Below, piece after piece: positions 38,800 to 46,135 of a DNA stretch of 64,000 bases. Where the stretch lies: IMG/VR virus record IMGVR_UViG_3300048890_000135; one strand, written 5' to 3'. Within the stretch, counting starts at the first letter, position 1. Each line of letters opens with the position of its first letter. The position numbers and the translations under genes were made by a program. Source of the DNA: an uncultured virus (IMG/VR IMGVR_UViG_3300048890_000135) (taxonomy: Duplodnaviria > Heunggongvirae > Uroviricota > Caudoviricetes). The notes under the pieces are model-generated. The model was not told where the DNA came from and did not search any database. It saw only the letters and a list, made by a program, of their open reading frames with translations.

Positions 38800-40173
38800 A
38801 TGATTCTCTCTTACGGAATGGGCGTGGACAGCACGGCCATTCTGCTCCACTGGCTCGAGAATCCCGCCTCGAGATCGTTCCGCGTCTACAGTGTAGCCGA
38901 GGGAATGGATCCGCCAAGTTTCACCTACCAGGGGAACGGCTCGTTCGACCTCAAGGATCTGACGGTCGTGACGGCTATGACCGGGGACGAGTTCCCGGAC
39001 CTGAAGCGTCTGATCGAGACGCACATCCTTCCCAGGCTCCGGAGGCACGGGATCCGTTTCGTCCAGGTCGCCCGGAAGTCGAAGACCGAGCCCATGACAG
39101 TCCTCGACGACTCGAGATCCCCGAGCACGCTCATGCTCGAGGGAGCCTACAAGCTCTCCGACGAGCTCCTCGCCGCCGGCACCGTTCCCCAGGTCGCCGG
39201 ATCGAGAAGGCTCTGCTCGATCAAGTCGAAGGGTTGGCCTTTGGACGCCTGGATCGAGCGTGAAGTCCACGGGCAGCCATTCGTTCAGGCGATCGGCTTC
39301 AACGCCGAGGAGGCCCGGCGCGTCGTCCGGGACCAGAGCTACTCGGCCATCAAATGGCCGGTCGGCCAGAAAACGTCGATCTATCCGCTCATGCACGATT
39401 GGGGATGGAGCCGCCAGGTCTGCGAGGACTACATCCGGAGCGTCACCGGAGAGAACTGGCCCAAGAGCGCCTGCGCCTATTGCCCCTTCGCGGCCGGGAA
39501 GGAGCCCGTGCTCGTCCGCTTCCAGCAGTTCCCGGATCGCGCAGCCTTCAGCCTCTTCATCGAGTTCGTCTCGATGGCGCTCAATCCGCGCATGACGCTC
39601 TACTCGACCAAGAGCCTGATGAGCATCGCCAGGGAGGTCGAGGATTACGACGCGCTTTCGATGTTCGATCAGATGCTGAACGGCTGGCCCTGGGCGGTCT
39701 ACCGGGTCCGCCGGATCTACACCCAGAAGGCCCATGCCGACCGGAGCGTCATCATTGCCGAGGAAGGGGATCGCCAGACGATCGAGGCCAAGCTTTCGAC
39801 CTACGGAAAGATCAGCCACGAGGGAGAGATCCCCCGCGTCTACGTGCGCCGGCGGAAGCCCGACGTCTACCCCACGCTCGAGGAGATGTTCGTCGCGGCG
39901 CCCCGAGCCATGTTCAACAAAGAGCGGCCTAGATTCCAGACGAACTGGGAGAAAGCCGTGCGCGGGGACTGGTCGTTCATGCGGAGCAAGGCGGTCGAGG
40001 CCGAAGAGGACGAGGCCGAGGAGCCGATCGTTCCAGAGCTTTCCGGCCCGCTCGATCCGAAGCCGGAAATCTTCATGTGGGATCACGATCCGAGCGAGTT
40101 CCACGAGCATCCGCTTCGTCTCGAGCAGATTGCCTGGGAGAAGGAGCTCTCGGACATCATTGTGCTCCCATGA
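38800..40173 (+). CDS. PP-loop / PAPS-reductase-like (adenine nucleotide alpha hydrolase) protein
   Basis: ILSYGMGVDST, RLCSIKSK, IGFNAEE, YPL, KSACAYCPF. Confidence 0.7.
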   Translation: MILSYGMGVDSTAILLHWLENPASRSFRVYSVAEGMDPPSFTYQGNGSFDLKDLTVVTAMTGDEFPDLKRLIETHILPRLRRHGIRFVQVARKSKTEPMTVLDDSRSPSTLMLEGAYKLSDELLAAGTVPQVAGSRRLCSIKSKGWPLDAWIEREVHGQPFVQAIGFNAEEARRVVRDQSYSAIKWPVGQKTSIYPLMHDWGWSRQVCEDYIRSVTGENWPKSACAYCPFAAGKEPVLVRFQQFPDRAAFSLFIEFVSMALNPRMTLYSTKSLMSIAREVEDYDALSMFDQMLNGWPWAVYRVRRIYTQKAHADRSVIIAEEGDRQTIEAKLSTYGKISHEGEIPRVYVRRRKPDVYPTLEEMFVAAPRAMFNKERPRFQTNWEKAVRGDWSFMRSKAVEAEEDEAEEPIVPELSGPLDPKPEIFMWDHDPSEFHEHPLRLEQIAWEKELSDIIVLP

Positions 40174-40212
40174 AAATGGGGATAGAATAGTCCCGTTCGA
40201 AAGGAGATCTCG

Positions 40213-40389
40213 ATGGCCAAAAAGGCGGTGAACCCTCACCTGACGGCGTACAGCTCCTGTGTCAAGGAGCTCGGTCTCAATCCAAGGATGATGAAGAAGG
40301 GCGTCAAGGGCGCGGAGCAGGCCAAGAAGAAGCTGAAGGCCTGCGCGATCGGCAAGCTCAACAAGATGGGTATCAAGCCCAAGAAGTAG
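40213..40389 (+). CDS. Small Lys-rich protein
   Basis: RBS AAGGAG; 58 aa, below ORF-track cutoff. Confidence 0.6.
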   Translation: MAKKAVNPHLTAYSSCVKELGLNPRMMKKGVKGAEQAKKKLKACAIGKLNKMGIKPKK

Positions 40390-40392
40390 ATC

Positions 40393-40773
40393 GTGGCGAA
40401 GCCAAGACGCCTCAAGAGACCTACCGCGCTGTGCTTTTCAAGAGGTGCAGCCCTTGCCACCGCTTATGAGCGGGTGCGTGCGGCGACGGGGAGTCTCAAC
40501 AAGGGAGATCTGTCGGCCGCGGACCATTACCTCTTCATCGCGAAGCTCGACCTCGAGAAGCATGGAAAGAGCGAGCTGATTTCGCCAAGCACGTCGCGCC
40601 GGATCGTTCGAGCCATCGAAGAGCCCCGACTGGCCATAAGGAAAGCGATGGAGACGCAGGCTCGAGGGAAAATCGGACGCGTCTCTTCCACCAGGGTCAC
40701 GCGCGTCCTTGGGGTTATCAGCGAGGCCGAGAAACGAGTCAAGAATCAGTGCTTCTTCGGAAAGGTCAAGTAG
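40393..40773 (+). CDS. Basic hypothetical protein
   Basis: Follows upstream stop by 3 nt. Confidence 0.55.
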   Translation: MAKPRRLKRPTALCFSRGAALATAYERVRAATGSLNKGDLSAADHYLFIAKLDLEKHGKSELISPSTSRRIVRAIEEPRLAIRKAMETQARGKIGRVSSTRVTRVLGVISEAEKRVKNQCFFGKVK

Positions 40774-40782
40774 GGGCCCATC

Positions 40783-41019
40783 ATGGCGAACGAAGAACAG
40801 CAGCGCCAGATGTTCGGGATGACTCTCGACCAGGTCATTTCCGAGAAGCCCAAGTTCGAAAATCCAGGCCTGTGGGCCATGTCGATCCTGAGCGACGTCC
40901 AGGAGATGCTGGCGAGGATCCCCTCCGACCGGAAGCCGGATCCGGTCATCCTCGACCGGGCCCGCCAATGGATCAACAAGGCCAAGTACTGGATTGACGT
41001 GGAGAGAGGCGACGAATAG
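40783..41019 (+). CDS. Hypothetical protein
   Basis: RBS AGGGG. Confidence 0.6.
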   Translation: MANEEQQRQMFGMTLDQVISEKPKFENPGLWAMSILSDVQEMLARIPSDRKPDPVILDRARQWINKAKYWIDVERGDE

Positions 41020-41031
41020 TCGCTGTAGGAC

Positions 41032-41286
41032 ATGTTCAGGCGCGTCGGGCCGGCAACTCTGAGGCTCGTGGAAGACGGATCCTCCGACATCGACATTCAC
41101 GTTCGGATCGGACCCGGGAACGAATGGCACGGCGTCGCAGCCTTTCCGATTGAGATGGCTGGTGATGCTAGGAACTGGATCGAAACCATCGAGACGCCCA
41201 ACGATCTTGAGGATCTGATTCGGGAATTCTGCGACGCCAGGACGTGGGGATCCTATCAAAACTTCAGGGATCTGAACGGATTCTAA
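41032..41286 (+). CDS. Hypothetical protein
   Basis: Fills operon. Confidence 0.55.
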   Translation: MFRRVGPATLRLVEDGSSDIDIHVRIGPGNEWHGVAAFPIEMAGDARNWIETIETPNDLEDLIREFCDARTWGSYQNFRDLNGF

Positions 41287-41287
41287 G

Positions 41288-42292
41288 ATGCCTCTTCCGA
41301 CCGAGATCCGGGAGAACACGTCCGAGCTCCTTCCCCTTGACGGTTATGACCACGTCATCGTGTCCTTTTCCGGGGGGAAGGACTCTCTCGCCTGCGTCCT
41401 TCACGCCCTAGAGCTTGGGATCCCGAGAGAGAAGATCGAGCTCTGGCACCAGGCCGTCGACGGGCGTCCCGGCATCGACCCGCGCTTCTTTGACTGGCCT
41501 TGTACGGAGAGCTACTGCAAGGACGTCGCCCGGGCGCTTGGGCTTCCGATCAAGTTCCAGTGGCGGGAAGGCGGATTCGAGCGGGAGATCAACAAACAGG
41601 ATGCACCGACGGCGAAGATCGGGTTCCAGCTCCCAGACGGCTCGGTCGGACAGGCCGGCGGGACCGGGGAGCCCAACACGCGCCTCATGTTTCCTGCTGC
41701 GGTGGCGGACCTCCGGACCCGGTGGTGCTCGGCAATCCTCAAGATCGACGTTGCAACTTCTGCGATCAATAATGATCCGCGCTTCAAGAGCGGGAAGATT
41801 CTTGAGATCACCGGAGAGCGCCGCCAGGAATCGAACAACCGCGCCCGCTATGCCGAGGTCGAGAAGCACAAGTCGACTACGCAGTCTCGCCGGGTCGACC
41901 AGTGGCGCGCGATCATCGACTGGCCCGAAGAGCGCGTCTGGGAAATCATCCAACGTTGGGGGATCCGACCTCATCCGGCCTACTACCTGGGGTGGGGCCG
42001 CGTCTCGTGCATGTTCTGCATCTTCGGGAATCCGGACCAGTGGGCGAGCGCGAACGCAGTGAACCCTCGGATGTTCTGGCGGATCCTGAACTATGAGCGC
42101 CAGTTCGGTCGCACGATCCAGCAGGGAGGCGACATCGAGCGCATCGCGTCAAAGGGCCGTAGCTACGTCCCTGACGATCCTGACATGATCCGAATGGCGA
42201 TGAGCGACGAACTCCCACACGGATACGCCCAGGCCGGCGCCGCCTGGACGATGCCGTTTGGGGCATTCAAGAGAAGCGGTGGACCCCTCTGA
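41288..42292 (+). CDS. PAPS reductase family protein (phage type)
   Basis: VSFSGGKDSLAC, RWCSAILK, GERRQES..R, HPAYYLGWGRVSCMFC. Confidence 0.8.
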   Translation: MPLPTEIRENTSELLPLDGYDHVIVSFSGGKDSLACVLHALELGIPREKIELWHQAVDGRPGIDPRFFDWPCTESYCKDVARALGLPIKFQWREGGFEREINKQDAPTAKIGFQLPDGSVGQAGGTGEPNTRLMFPAAVADLRTRWCSAILKIDVATSAINNDPRFKSGKILEITGERRQESNNRARYAEVEKHKSTTQSRRVDQWRAIIDWPEERVWEIIQRWGIRPHPAYYLGWGRVSCMFCIFGNPDQWASANAVNPRMFWRILNYERQFGRTIQQGGDIERIASKGRSYVPDDPDMIRMAMSDELPHGYAQAGAAWTMPFGAFKRSGGPL

Positions 42293-42358
42293 TCTCGAAT
42301 GCCTTGGCCATTTTGACGGCTCCGTGGTAGAGTGCAGATCGTAAGGAGATTTCGGGAT

Positions 42359-42553
42359 ATGACGAACTCCAAGCCCACCCCAGCAAAGTCCATCGGTCAG
42401 GTTCCGCTCAATTTGGGCCCGTCTTCCTGGGGCGGCGGCCTCCCGCCGGCTTACGCTGGGCCCCCGAAATGTCCTCCCGGAATGAAGGTGGGCCCTCGCG
42501 GCCTTTGCCGTCCCACAACGACGACGCTCGGCAGCGGGCGGCGTTCCCGATAG
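42359..42553 (+). CDS. Small Pro/Gly-rich protein
   Basis: RBS AAGGAG; SIGQVPLNLG. Confidence 0.5.
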   Translation: MTNSKPTPAKSIGQVPLNLGPSSWGGGLPPAYAGPPKCPPGMKVGPRGLCRPTTTTLGSGRRSR

Positions 42554-42569
42554 GTTCGGAGGAAAGCCT

Positions 42570-43367
42570 ATGCGCCCGTTCTTGGGTCGGGTTCCTCTCA
42601 GAGTTCCAGGATCTCGGTCTTTGGGTCAAGTCGAATTCACGGATCCGTGGGGCGGCGTTCATCGCGTGACCGTGGAGCCGCCCCCTCCAGAGATTCCGCC
42701 TTTTGACCCAAGAAGAACCCCAGAAGAAATGGAGCGCAGGGCGCTCCACGCCTCGAAAATCAAAGGAAAAGAACAGGAATGCGAGATCCTTAAAGCGAAC
42801 ATGGAGGCGCACAAGAGCCATTACTTCGACAGAGAAGAATCTGGAGATACGGAATATCAGAATTACACCGATGCGGTGGACGCCTACAACGGGTGTCTCG
42901 ATAAGATCGCCGCTCTTGAAGGAGAAATGGACACTGCGCCCGTGGATTTCGGAACGGAGTCTGGCTACGAATGGCCTCCAGAAATTCCAAATCCATCGAC
43001 TCCGCTCGAAGAGCAATTGCAACATCAGCCCCCTCTGGATGTTCCTTCCGTCGACTGGAGGACCCCCAGCACTGCGCCGCACGAATTGAACGAGTGGCCC
43101 GAGGAGGTTCCGTATCCGACGGGCGAGCCAGTCCCTCCGCCTGAGCCGCCCGAGCTCATCGAAACTCCGCCACCGGTCGCCAGCGTTGACTGGAGAACTA
43201 CCGGTTGTCCGGCAGGCACCGCGAGGCTCGTCCGCGGCGGCATGTGTGTTTCGTCGGGTCTCGTATCGTCGGCTTTGACGACGCCGATGACGACGGCGAC
43301 CCCTTTCACGATGGGGCGGGCAATGCTCGGCCAGGTCCATCTCGTGCGTCGTCCTGGCGCCTTCTAG
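42570..43367 (+). CDS. Pro-rich acidic protein (LGQ-motif group)
   Basis: RBS GGAGG; RSLGQ near N-terminus, RAMLGQ near C-terminus; SVDWRT repeated. Confidence 0.6.
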   Translation: MRPFLGRVPLRVPGSRSLGQVEFTDPWGGVHRVTVEPPPPEIPPFDPRRTPEEMERRALHASKIKGKEQECEILKANMEAHKSHYFDREESGDTEYQNYTDAVDAYNGCLDKIAALEGEMDTAPVDFGTESGYEWPPEIPNPSTPLEEQLQHQPPLDVPSVDWRTPSTAPHELNEWPEEVPYPTGEPVPPPEPPELIETPPPVASVDWRTTGCPAGTARLVRGGMCVSSGLVSSALTTPMTTATPFTMGRAMLGQVHLVRRPGAF

Positions 43368-43385
43368 AATTCGATTTTTTTCCGC

Positions 43386-43414
43386 TTGACACCGAACCTT
43401 TCGGCGGCTACGTT
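43386..43414 (+). promoter_or_regulatory. Sigma70-type promoter of the tRNA-array leader
   Basis: TTGACA 43386-43391, 17 nt, TACGTT 43409-43414. Confidence 0.7.
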
Positions 43415-43455
43415 GTTCATGTAACAGGACCACCGAACAAGGAGACGGACCTTCC

Positions 43456-43617
43456 GTGAGATCACTACCCTGCGTCCGAGACCAAAGGCCAACGATGGAG
43501 ATCCTCCATCGGCAGGCTTGGTCTCTGTTCGTGGGTTCGTATTCCCCGGCGACGTGCAGCAAGCCCGCCGGGAATCGAACCATCGAACAGACGGGCGCGG
43601 GGGCGATGGTGATGTAA
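43456..43617 (+). CDS. 53-aa pan-codon leader peptide (MRSLPCVRDQRPTMEILHRQAWSLFVGSYSPATCSKPAGNRTIEQTGAGAMVM)
   Basis: SD AAGGAG 43439-43444, GTG start, TAA 43615-43617; codons 2-32 all different; all 20 amino acids. Confidence 0.7.
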   Translation: MRSLPCVRDQRPTMEILHRQAWSLFVGSYSPATCSKPAGNRTIEQTGAGAMVM

Positions 43618-43651
43618 CAAGAGCTCGAAAAAACTGAAACCCCCGCGCCCG
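43592..43651 (+). promoter_or_regulatory. Antiterminator helix of attenuator
   Basis: CGGGCGCGGGGG (43592-43603) is the exact reverse complement of CCCCCGCGCCCG (43640-43651), the terminator 5' arm. Confidence 0.8.
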
Positions 43652-43672
43652 AAAGGACGCGGGGGTTTTTTT
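43637..43672 (+). terminator. Intrinsic terminator (attenuator) upstream of tRNA array
   Basis: AAACCCCCGCG-c-CC-GAAA-GG-a-CGCGGGGG followed by T7. Confidence 0.85.
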
Positions 43673-43678
43673 GTTGTA

Positions 43679-43935
43679 CCCACCGACCTTGGAAGGTCGG
43701 TGGGCGGATACCAGGGACTCAGGACGCCATCGGCTCCGGCCGGGCCCCTGAGCCAGGAAGCCGCGGCGCGTTGGCGCGCGCCGCACTTGAAAATCGGGCT
43801 GGAACGACAAAGATCGGAAGGGGAGGCCCATCCGGGAAGGGTGGGCCTCCCCGACCTCAATGCCAGGCCGTCACACGCTCGGGAAGCGAGTATACGCGAG
43901 GGGGATGAAATCTTCAAGCGGTGACGCGCCTTTCG
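43679..43935 (+). ncRNA. Unassigned structured RNA between attenuator and first tRNA
   Basis: Hairpins 43679-43704 and 43820-43852 plus further stems; no convincing ORF. Confidence 0.4.
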
Positions 43936-43936
43936 T

Positions 43937-44010
43937 CCGCCTGTAGCTCAACAGCAGAGCGTCTGGTTTCCACCCAGATGATGCCGGTGCGACTCCGGTC
44001 AGGCGGTCCA
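43937..44010 (+). tRNA. tRNA-Gly(TCC)
   Basis: Cloverleaf, loop TTTCCAC, U73, CCA. Confidence 0.85.
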
Positions 44011-44013
44011 CAT

Positions 44014-44088
44014 GCGGGCGTAGCGTAGAAGCAACGCGTCTCCTTCCCAAGGAGAAGATCGCGGGTGCAAGTCCCGCTGCCCGCTCCA
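44014..44088 (+). tRNA. tRNA-Gly(CCC)
   Basis: Cloverleaf, loop TTCCCAA, CCA. Confidence 0.85.
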
Positions 44089-44089
44089 C

Positions 44090-44163
44090 ATGCCGGTGGT
44101 GTAGCAGCAGCATCGCTGTTTCCAAGTCAGCGGGTAGAGGTGCGACTCCTCTCCGGCATGCCA
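44090..44163 (+). tRNA. tRNA-Trp(CCA)
   Basis: Cloverleaf, loop TTCCAAG, G73, CCA. Confidence 0.75.
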
Positions 44164-44174
44164 AAATTGAAAAC

Positions 44175-44250
44175 GCCTCTGTAGGGGAGTGGAGTCCCCG
44201 CCTCCCTGTCACGGAGGAGACCGTGGGTTCGAATCCCATCAGGGGCGCCA
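44175..44250 (+). tRNA. tRNA-Asp(GTC)
   Basis: Cloverleaf, loop CTGTCAC, CCA. Confidence 0.9.
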
Positions 44251-44335
44251 AGCTTCGGGCGATGTAACGGGCTCCGCGCGATGAGCCTGCACCGACAAGT
44301 CGAACGCGCGCTCGCTGGTGCGTGTCGCCCTTTAC

Positions 44336-44411
44336 TCCCACGTCGTCTAACCGGTAGGACGCCACGTTCTGACCGTGGAGATTCCAGGTTCGAATCCTGG
44401 CGTGGGAACCA
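44336..44411 (+). tRNA. tRNA-Gln(CTG)
   Basis: Cloverleaf, loop TTCTGAC, CCA. Confidence 0.9.
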
Positions 44412-44415
44412 ATCT

Positions 44416-44739
44416 TCAGATCCCGAATCGGCTCTTGATGTCGGGCATGAGGCGTCGGTAGGGAGTCGTCCCGTCGATGCGGTAGAACTCCTTGCCGTCC
44501 CTGAAGAAGACGAGCGTCGGGATCGAGGTGACCTCGTGCCTCTCGGTGGCTTTTGGCGCTTCGTCGATGTCGGCTCCGACGACGAGCACCTGACCTTGGA
44601 GCTCGCCGGCGATCTTGGCGATCGTGGGTTTGGCGGCCTTGCAGCCCGGGCACCAGGGTGCCCAGAACTCAATGATCGCCAGCGGCGCCTTGAGCGCCTC
44701 GTCGAAGTTCTTGTCCGTGACCTGCAGCAGTTCGCTCAT
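44416..44739 (-). CDS. trxA: Thioredoxin
   Basis: FWAPWCPGCK active site, SIPTL; antisense inside tRNA array. Confidence 0.9.
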   Translation of the reverse strand: MSELLQVTDKNFDEALKAPLAIIEFWAPWCPGCKAAKPTIAKIAGELQGQVLVVGADIDEAPKATERHEVTSIPTLVFFRDGKEFYRIDGTTPYRRLMPDIKSRFGI

Positions 44740-44828
44740 AAGTTCCCCCTTGCCGGGGGATTCTAGCCTATTTTTCATTCTTTGTCACACCCCTCTCGAT
44801 CCAGACGCGATACCTGTGGAGGTGCTGC

Positions 44829-45014
44829 ATGGACGATCGGGAGAAGCGGATCCAGGCGCTCACCGAGTATGGGTGGACGATCCGGAGAGACGGCTGGAGG
44901 GCCGGGGAAACGATCATCGAAAGATACGAGCTCGAGATTCCAGAGTTCAGACGTTGGGCCTATGCGCTCGGGATCGTGCTTCGTGCGGAAGAATTACTTG
45001 CCGGTCTGGCGTAG
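44829..45014 (+). CDS. Small hypothetical protein
   Basis: RBS GGAGGT; last codons overlap tRNA-Phe. Confidence 0.55.
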   Translation: MDDREKRIQALTEYGWTIRRDGWRAGETIIERYELEIPEFRRWAYALGIVLRAEELLAGLA

Positions 45015-45074
45015 ATAGTAGCGCGCCTGTCTGAAGAGCAGGAGGTTCCGGGGCGGTACCGGAGGCCGGCACCA
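45000..45074 (+). tRNA. tRNA-Phe(GAA)
   Basis: Cloverleaf, loop CTGAAGA, atypical T-loop, CCA. Confidence 0.8.
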
Positions 45075-45148
45075 GGGTCCATCGTCTAGCAGGAGGACGC
45101 GAGCGTGGCACGCTCGAGGCGGGAGTGCGATTCTCCCTGGATCCACCA
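45075..45148 (+). tRNA. tRNA-Ala(GGC)
   Basis: G3:U70, loop GTGGCAC, CCA. Confidence 0.85.
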
Positions 45149-45153
45149 AATCT

Positions 45154-45228
45154 TGCAGAGGAGAGGCATCCGGTGACCTCACCAGGCTCATAACCTGGGG
45201 CTTGCAGGTTCAAATCCTGCCTCTGCTA
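45154..45228 (+). tRNA. tRNA-Met(CAT), initiator-like
   Basis: Loop CTCATAA; 1:72 mismatch; no encoded CCA. Confidence 0.75.
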
Positions 45229-45229
45229 C

Positions 45230-45304
45230 GGGCCCATAGCTCAATCAGGAGAGCGGCCGGTTCGCAATCGGCAGACGGCGGGGCGGAACCGCCTGGGTCC
45301 ACCA
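45230..45304 (+). tRNA. tRNA-Ala(CGC)
   Basis: G3:U70, loop TTCGCAA, CCA. Confidence 0.85.
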
Positions 45305-45312
45305 AAATCCTT

Positions 45313-45388
45313 GGGTCCGTAGCTCAATCAGGAGAGCGCCTGCCTTGCAAGCAGGAGGTAGCGAGAGCAAAGCTCGCCGGATCCACCA
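45313..45388 (+). tRNA. tRNA-Ala(TGC)
   Basis: G3:U70, loop CTTGCAA, CCA. Confidence 0.85.
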
Positions 45389-45396
45389 AATTTCCT

Positions 45397-45489
45397 GGGC
45401 GCTGGTCCGCTCGGCGGTCTGTAAAACCGTTGTCCCAAAACAAGAGCGGCGGTTAAGGACGAGAGGTTCAACTCCTCCAGCTCCCACCA
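45397..45489 (+). tRNA. tRNA-Tyr(GTA), atypical (no normal D-arm, long variable region)
   Basis: Loop CTGTAAA, T-arm GGTTCAACTCC, ACCA end. Confidence 0.65.
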
Positions 45490-45490
45490 T

Positions 45491-45569
45491 TGCCCGGCAC
45501 TCTGTGTTGGTATCGGAGCTCCGCCTTTGAAGCGGGTGGACGAAGGTTCGATTCCTTCCCGGGCAACCA
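45491..45569 (+). tRNA. tRNA-Gln(TTG)
   Basis: Loop CTTTGAA, CCA. Confidence 0.8.
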
Positions 45570-45579
45570 GAAAATTTTT

Positions 45580-45653
45580 CGGGGTGTAGCACAAAGGTAG
45601 TGCGCCTCTTTGCCAAGGAGGAGAAGCCGGATCATTACCGGTCACCCCGTCCA
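45580..45653 (+). tRNA. tRNA-Gly(GCC)
   Basis: Loop TTGCCAA, U73, CCA. Confidence 0.8.
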
Positions 45654-45663
45654 AGATTTTCAT

Positions 45664-45738
45664 CGGCGTGTAGCTCAGTAGCTAGAGCATCCGGTTGATA
45701 ACCGGAAGAAGATGGGGCGGAACCATCCACGCCGACCA
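45664..45738 (+). tRNA. tRNA-Ile(GAT)
   Basis: Loop TTGATAA, CCA. Confidence 0.85.
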
Positions 45739-45746
45739 AATCTTAT

Positions 45747-45820
45747 GGGGCCAAAGTGTTGCGGCGGCACGGTCGGCTGTGACCCGGCCAGGGTGGGTTC
45801 GACTCCCACTGGTCCCTCCA
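45747..45820 (+). tRNA. tRNA-His(GTG)
   Basis: Loop CTGTGAC, CCA; lacks canonical G-1:C73. Confidence 0.8.
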
Positions 45821-45842
45821 AGATTCGATGTACAATGGGACG

Positions 45843-46052
45843 ATGCCTCATGTCGATCCGTCCTGGAGAGTTGAGAGCTCGAAATTTAATTGGCTCTCCA
45901 GGTTGCTTTGCGTCTTCGGGATCCATCACTGGGTCTGGAGCTCCACGCTCAAGGCGGCGATCGCCTGCGCCGTGTGCCCCAAGAAGACCAAGCGTTGGGA
46001 CGAATATCGTCAGCGCATGAAGGACGCCATGCACCGAAGTCTTGATCCATAA
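45843..46052 (+). CDS. Small Zn-binding-like hypothetical protein
   Basis: LLCVFGIHHW...CAVC; TACAAT 6 nt upstream. Confidence 0.55.
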   Translation: MPHVDPSWRVESSKFNWLSRLLCVFGIHHWVWSSTLKAAIACAVCPKKTKRWDEYRQRMKDAMHRSLDP

Positions 46053-46129
46053 CGGGCTCAGGGGTAGATAGCGACCCGCCTGCTTGGGGTGCAGGAGTAA
46101 GCGCGGTGCAAGTCCGCGGAGCCCGACCA
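46053..46129 (+). tRNA. tRNA-Pro(GGG)
   Basis: C1:G72, loop TTGGGGT, CCA. Confidence 0.85.
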
Positions 46130-46135
46130 GATCTT

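Noticed and set aside
38116..40239. Long minus-strand ORFs (e.g. 38116-40239, 12157-13710, 30887-32518)
   Set aside because: Antisense shadows of well-supported + strand genes in GC-rich DNA, with no motifs of their own.
43421..43680. T-box riboswitch as the explanation for the tRNA-array leader
   Set aside because: No T-box consensus (UGGNACC bulge) or specifier stem seen; the antiterminator is a perfect 12-bp helix starting inside an ORF.
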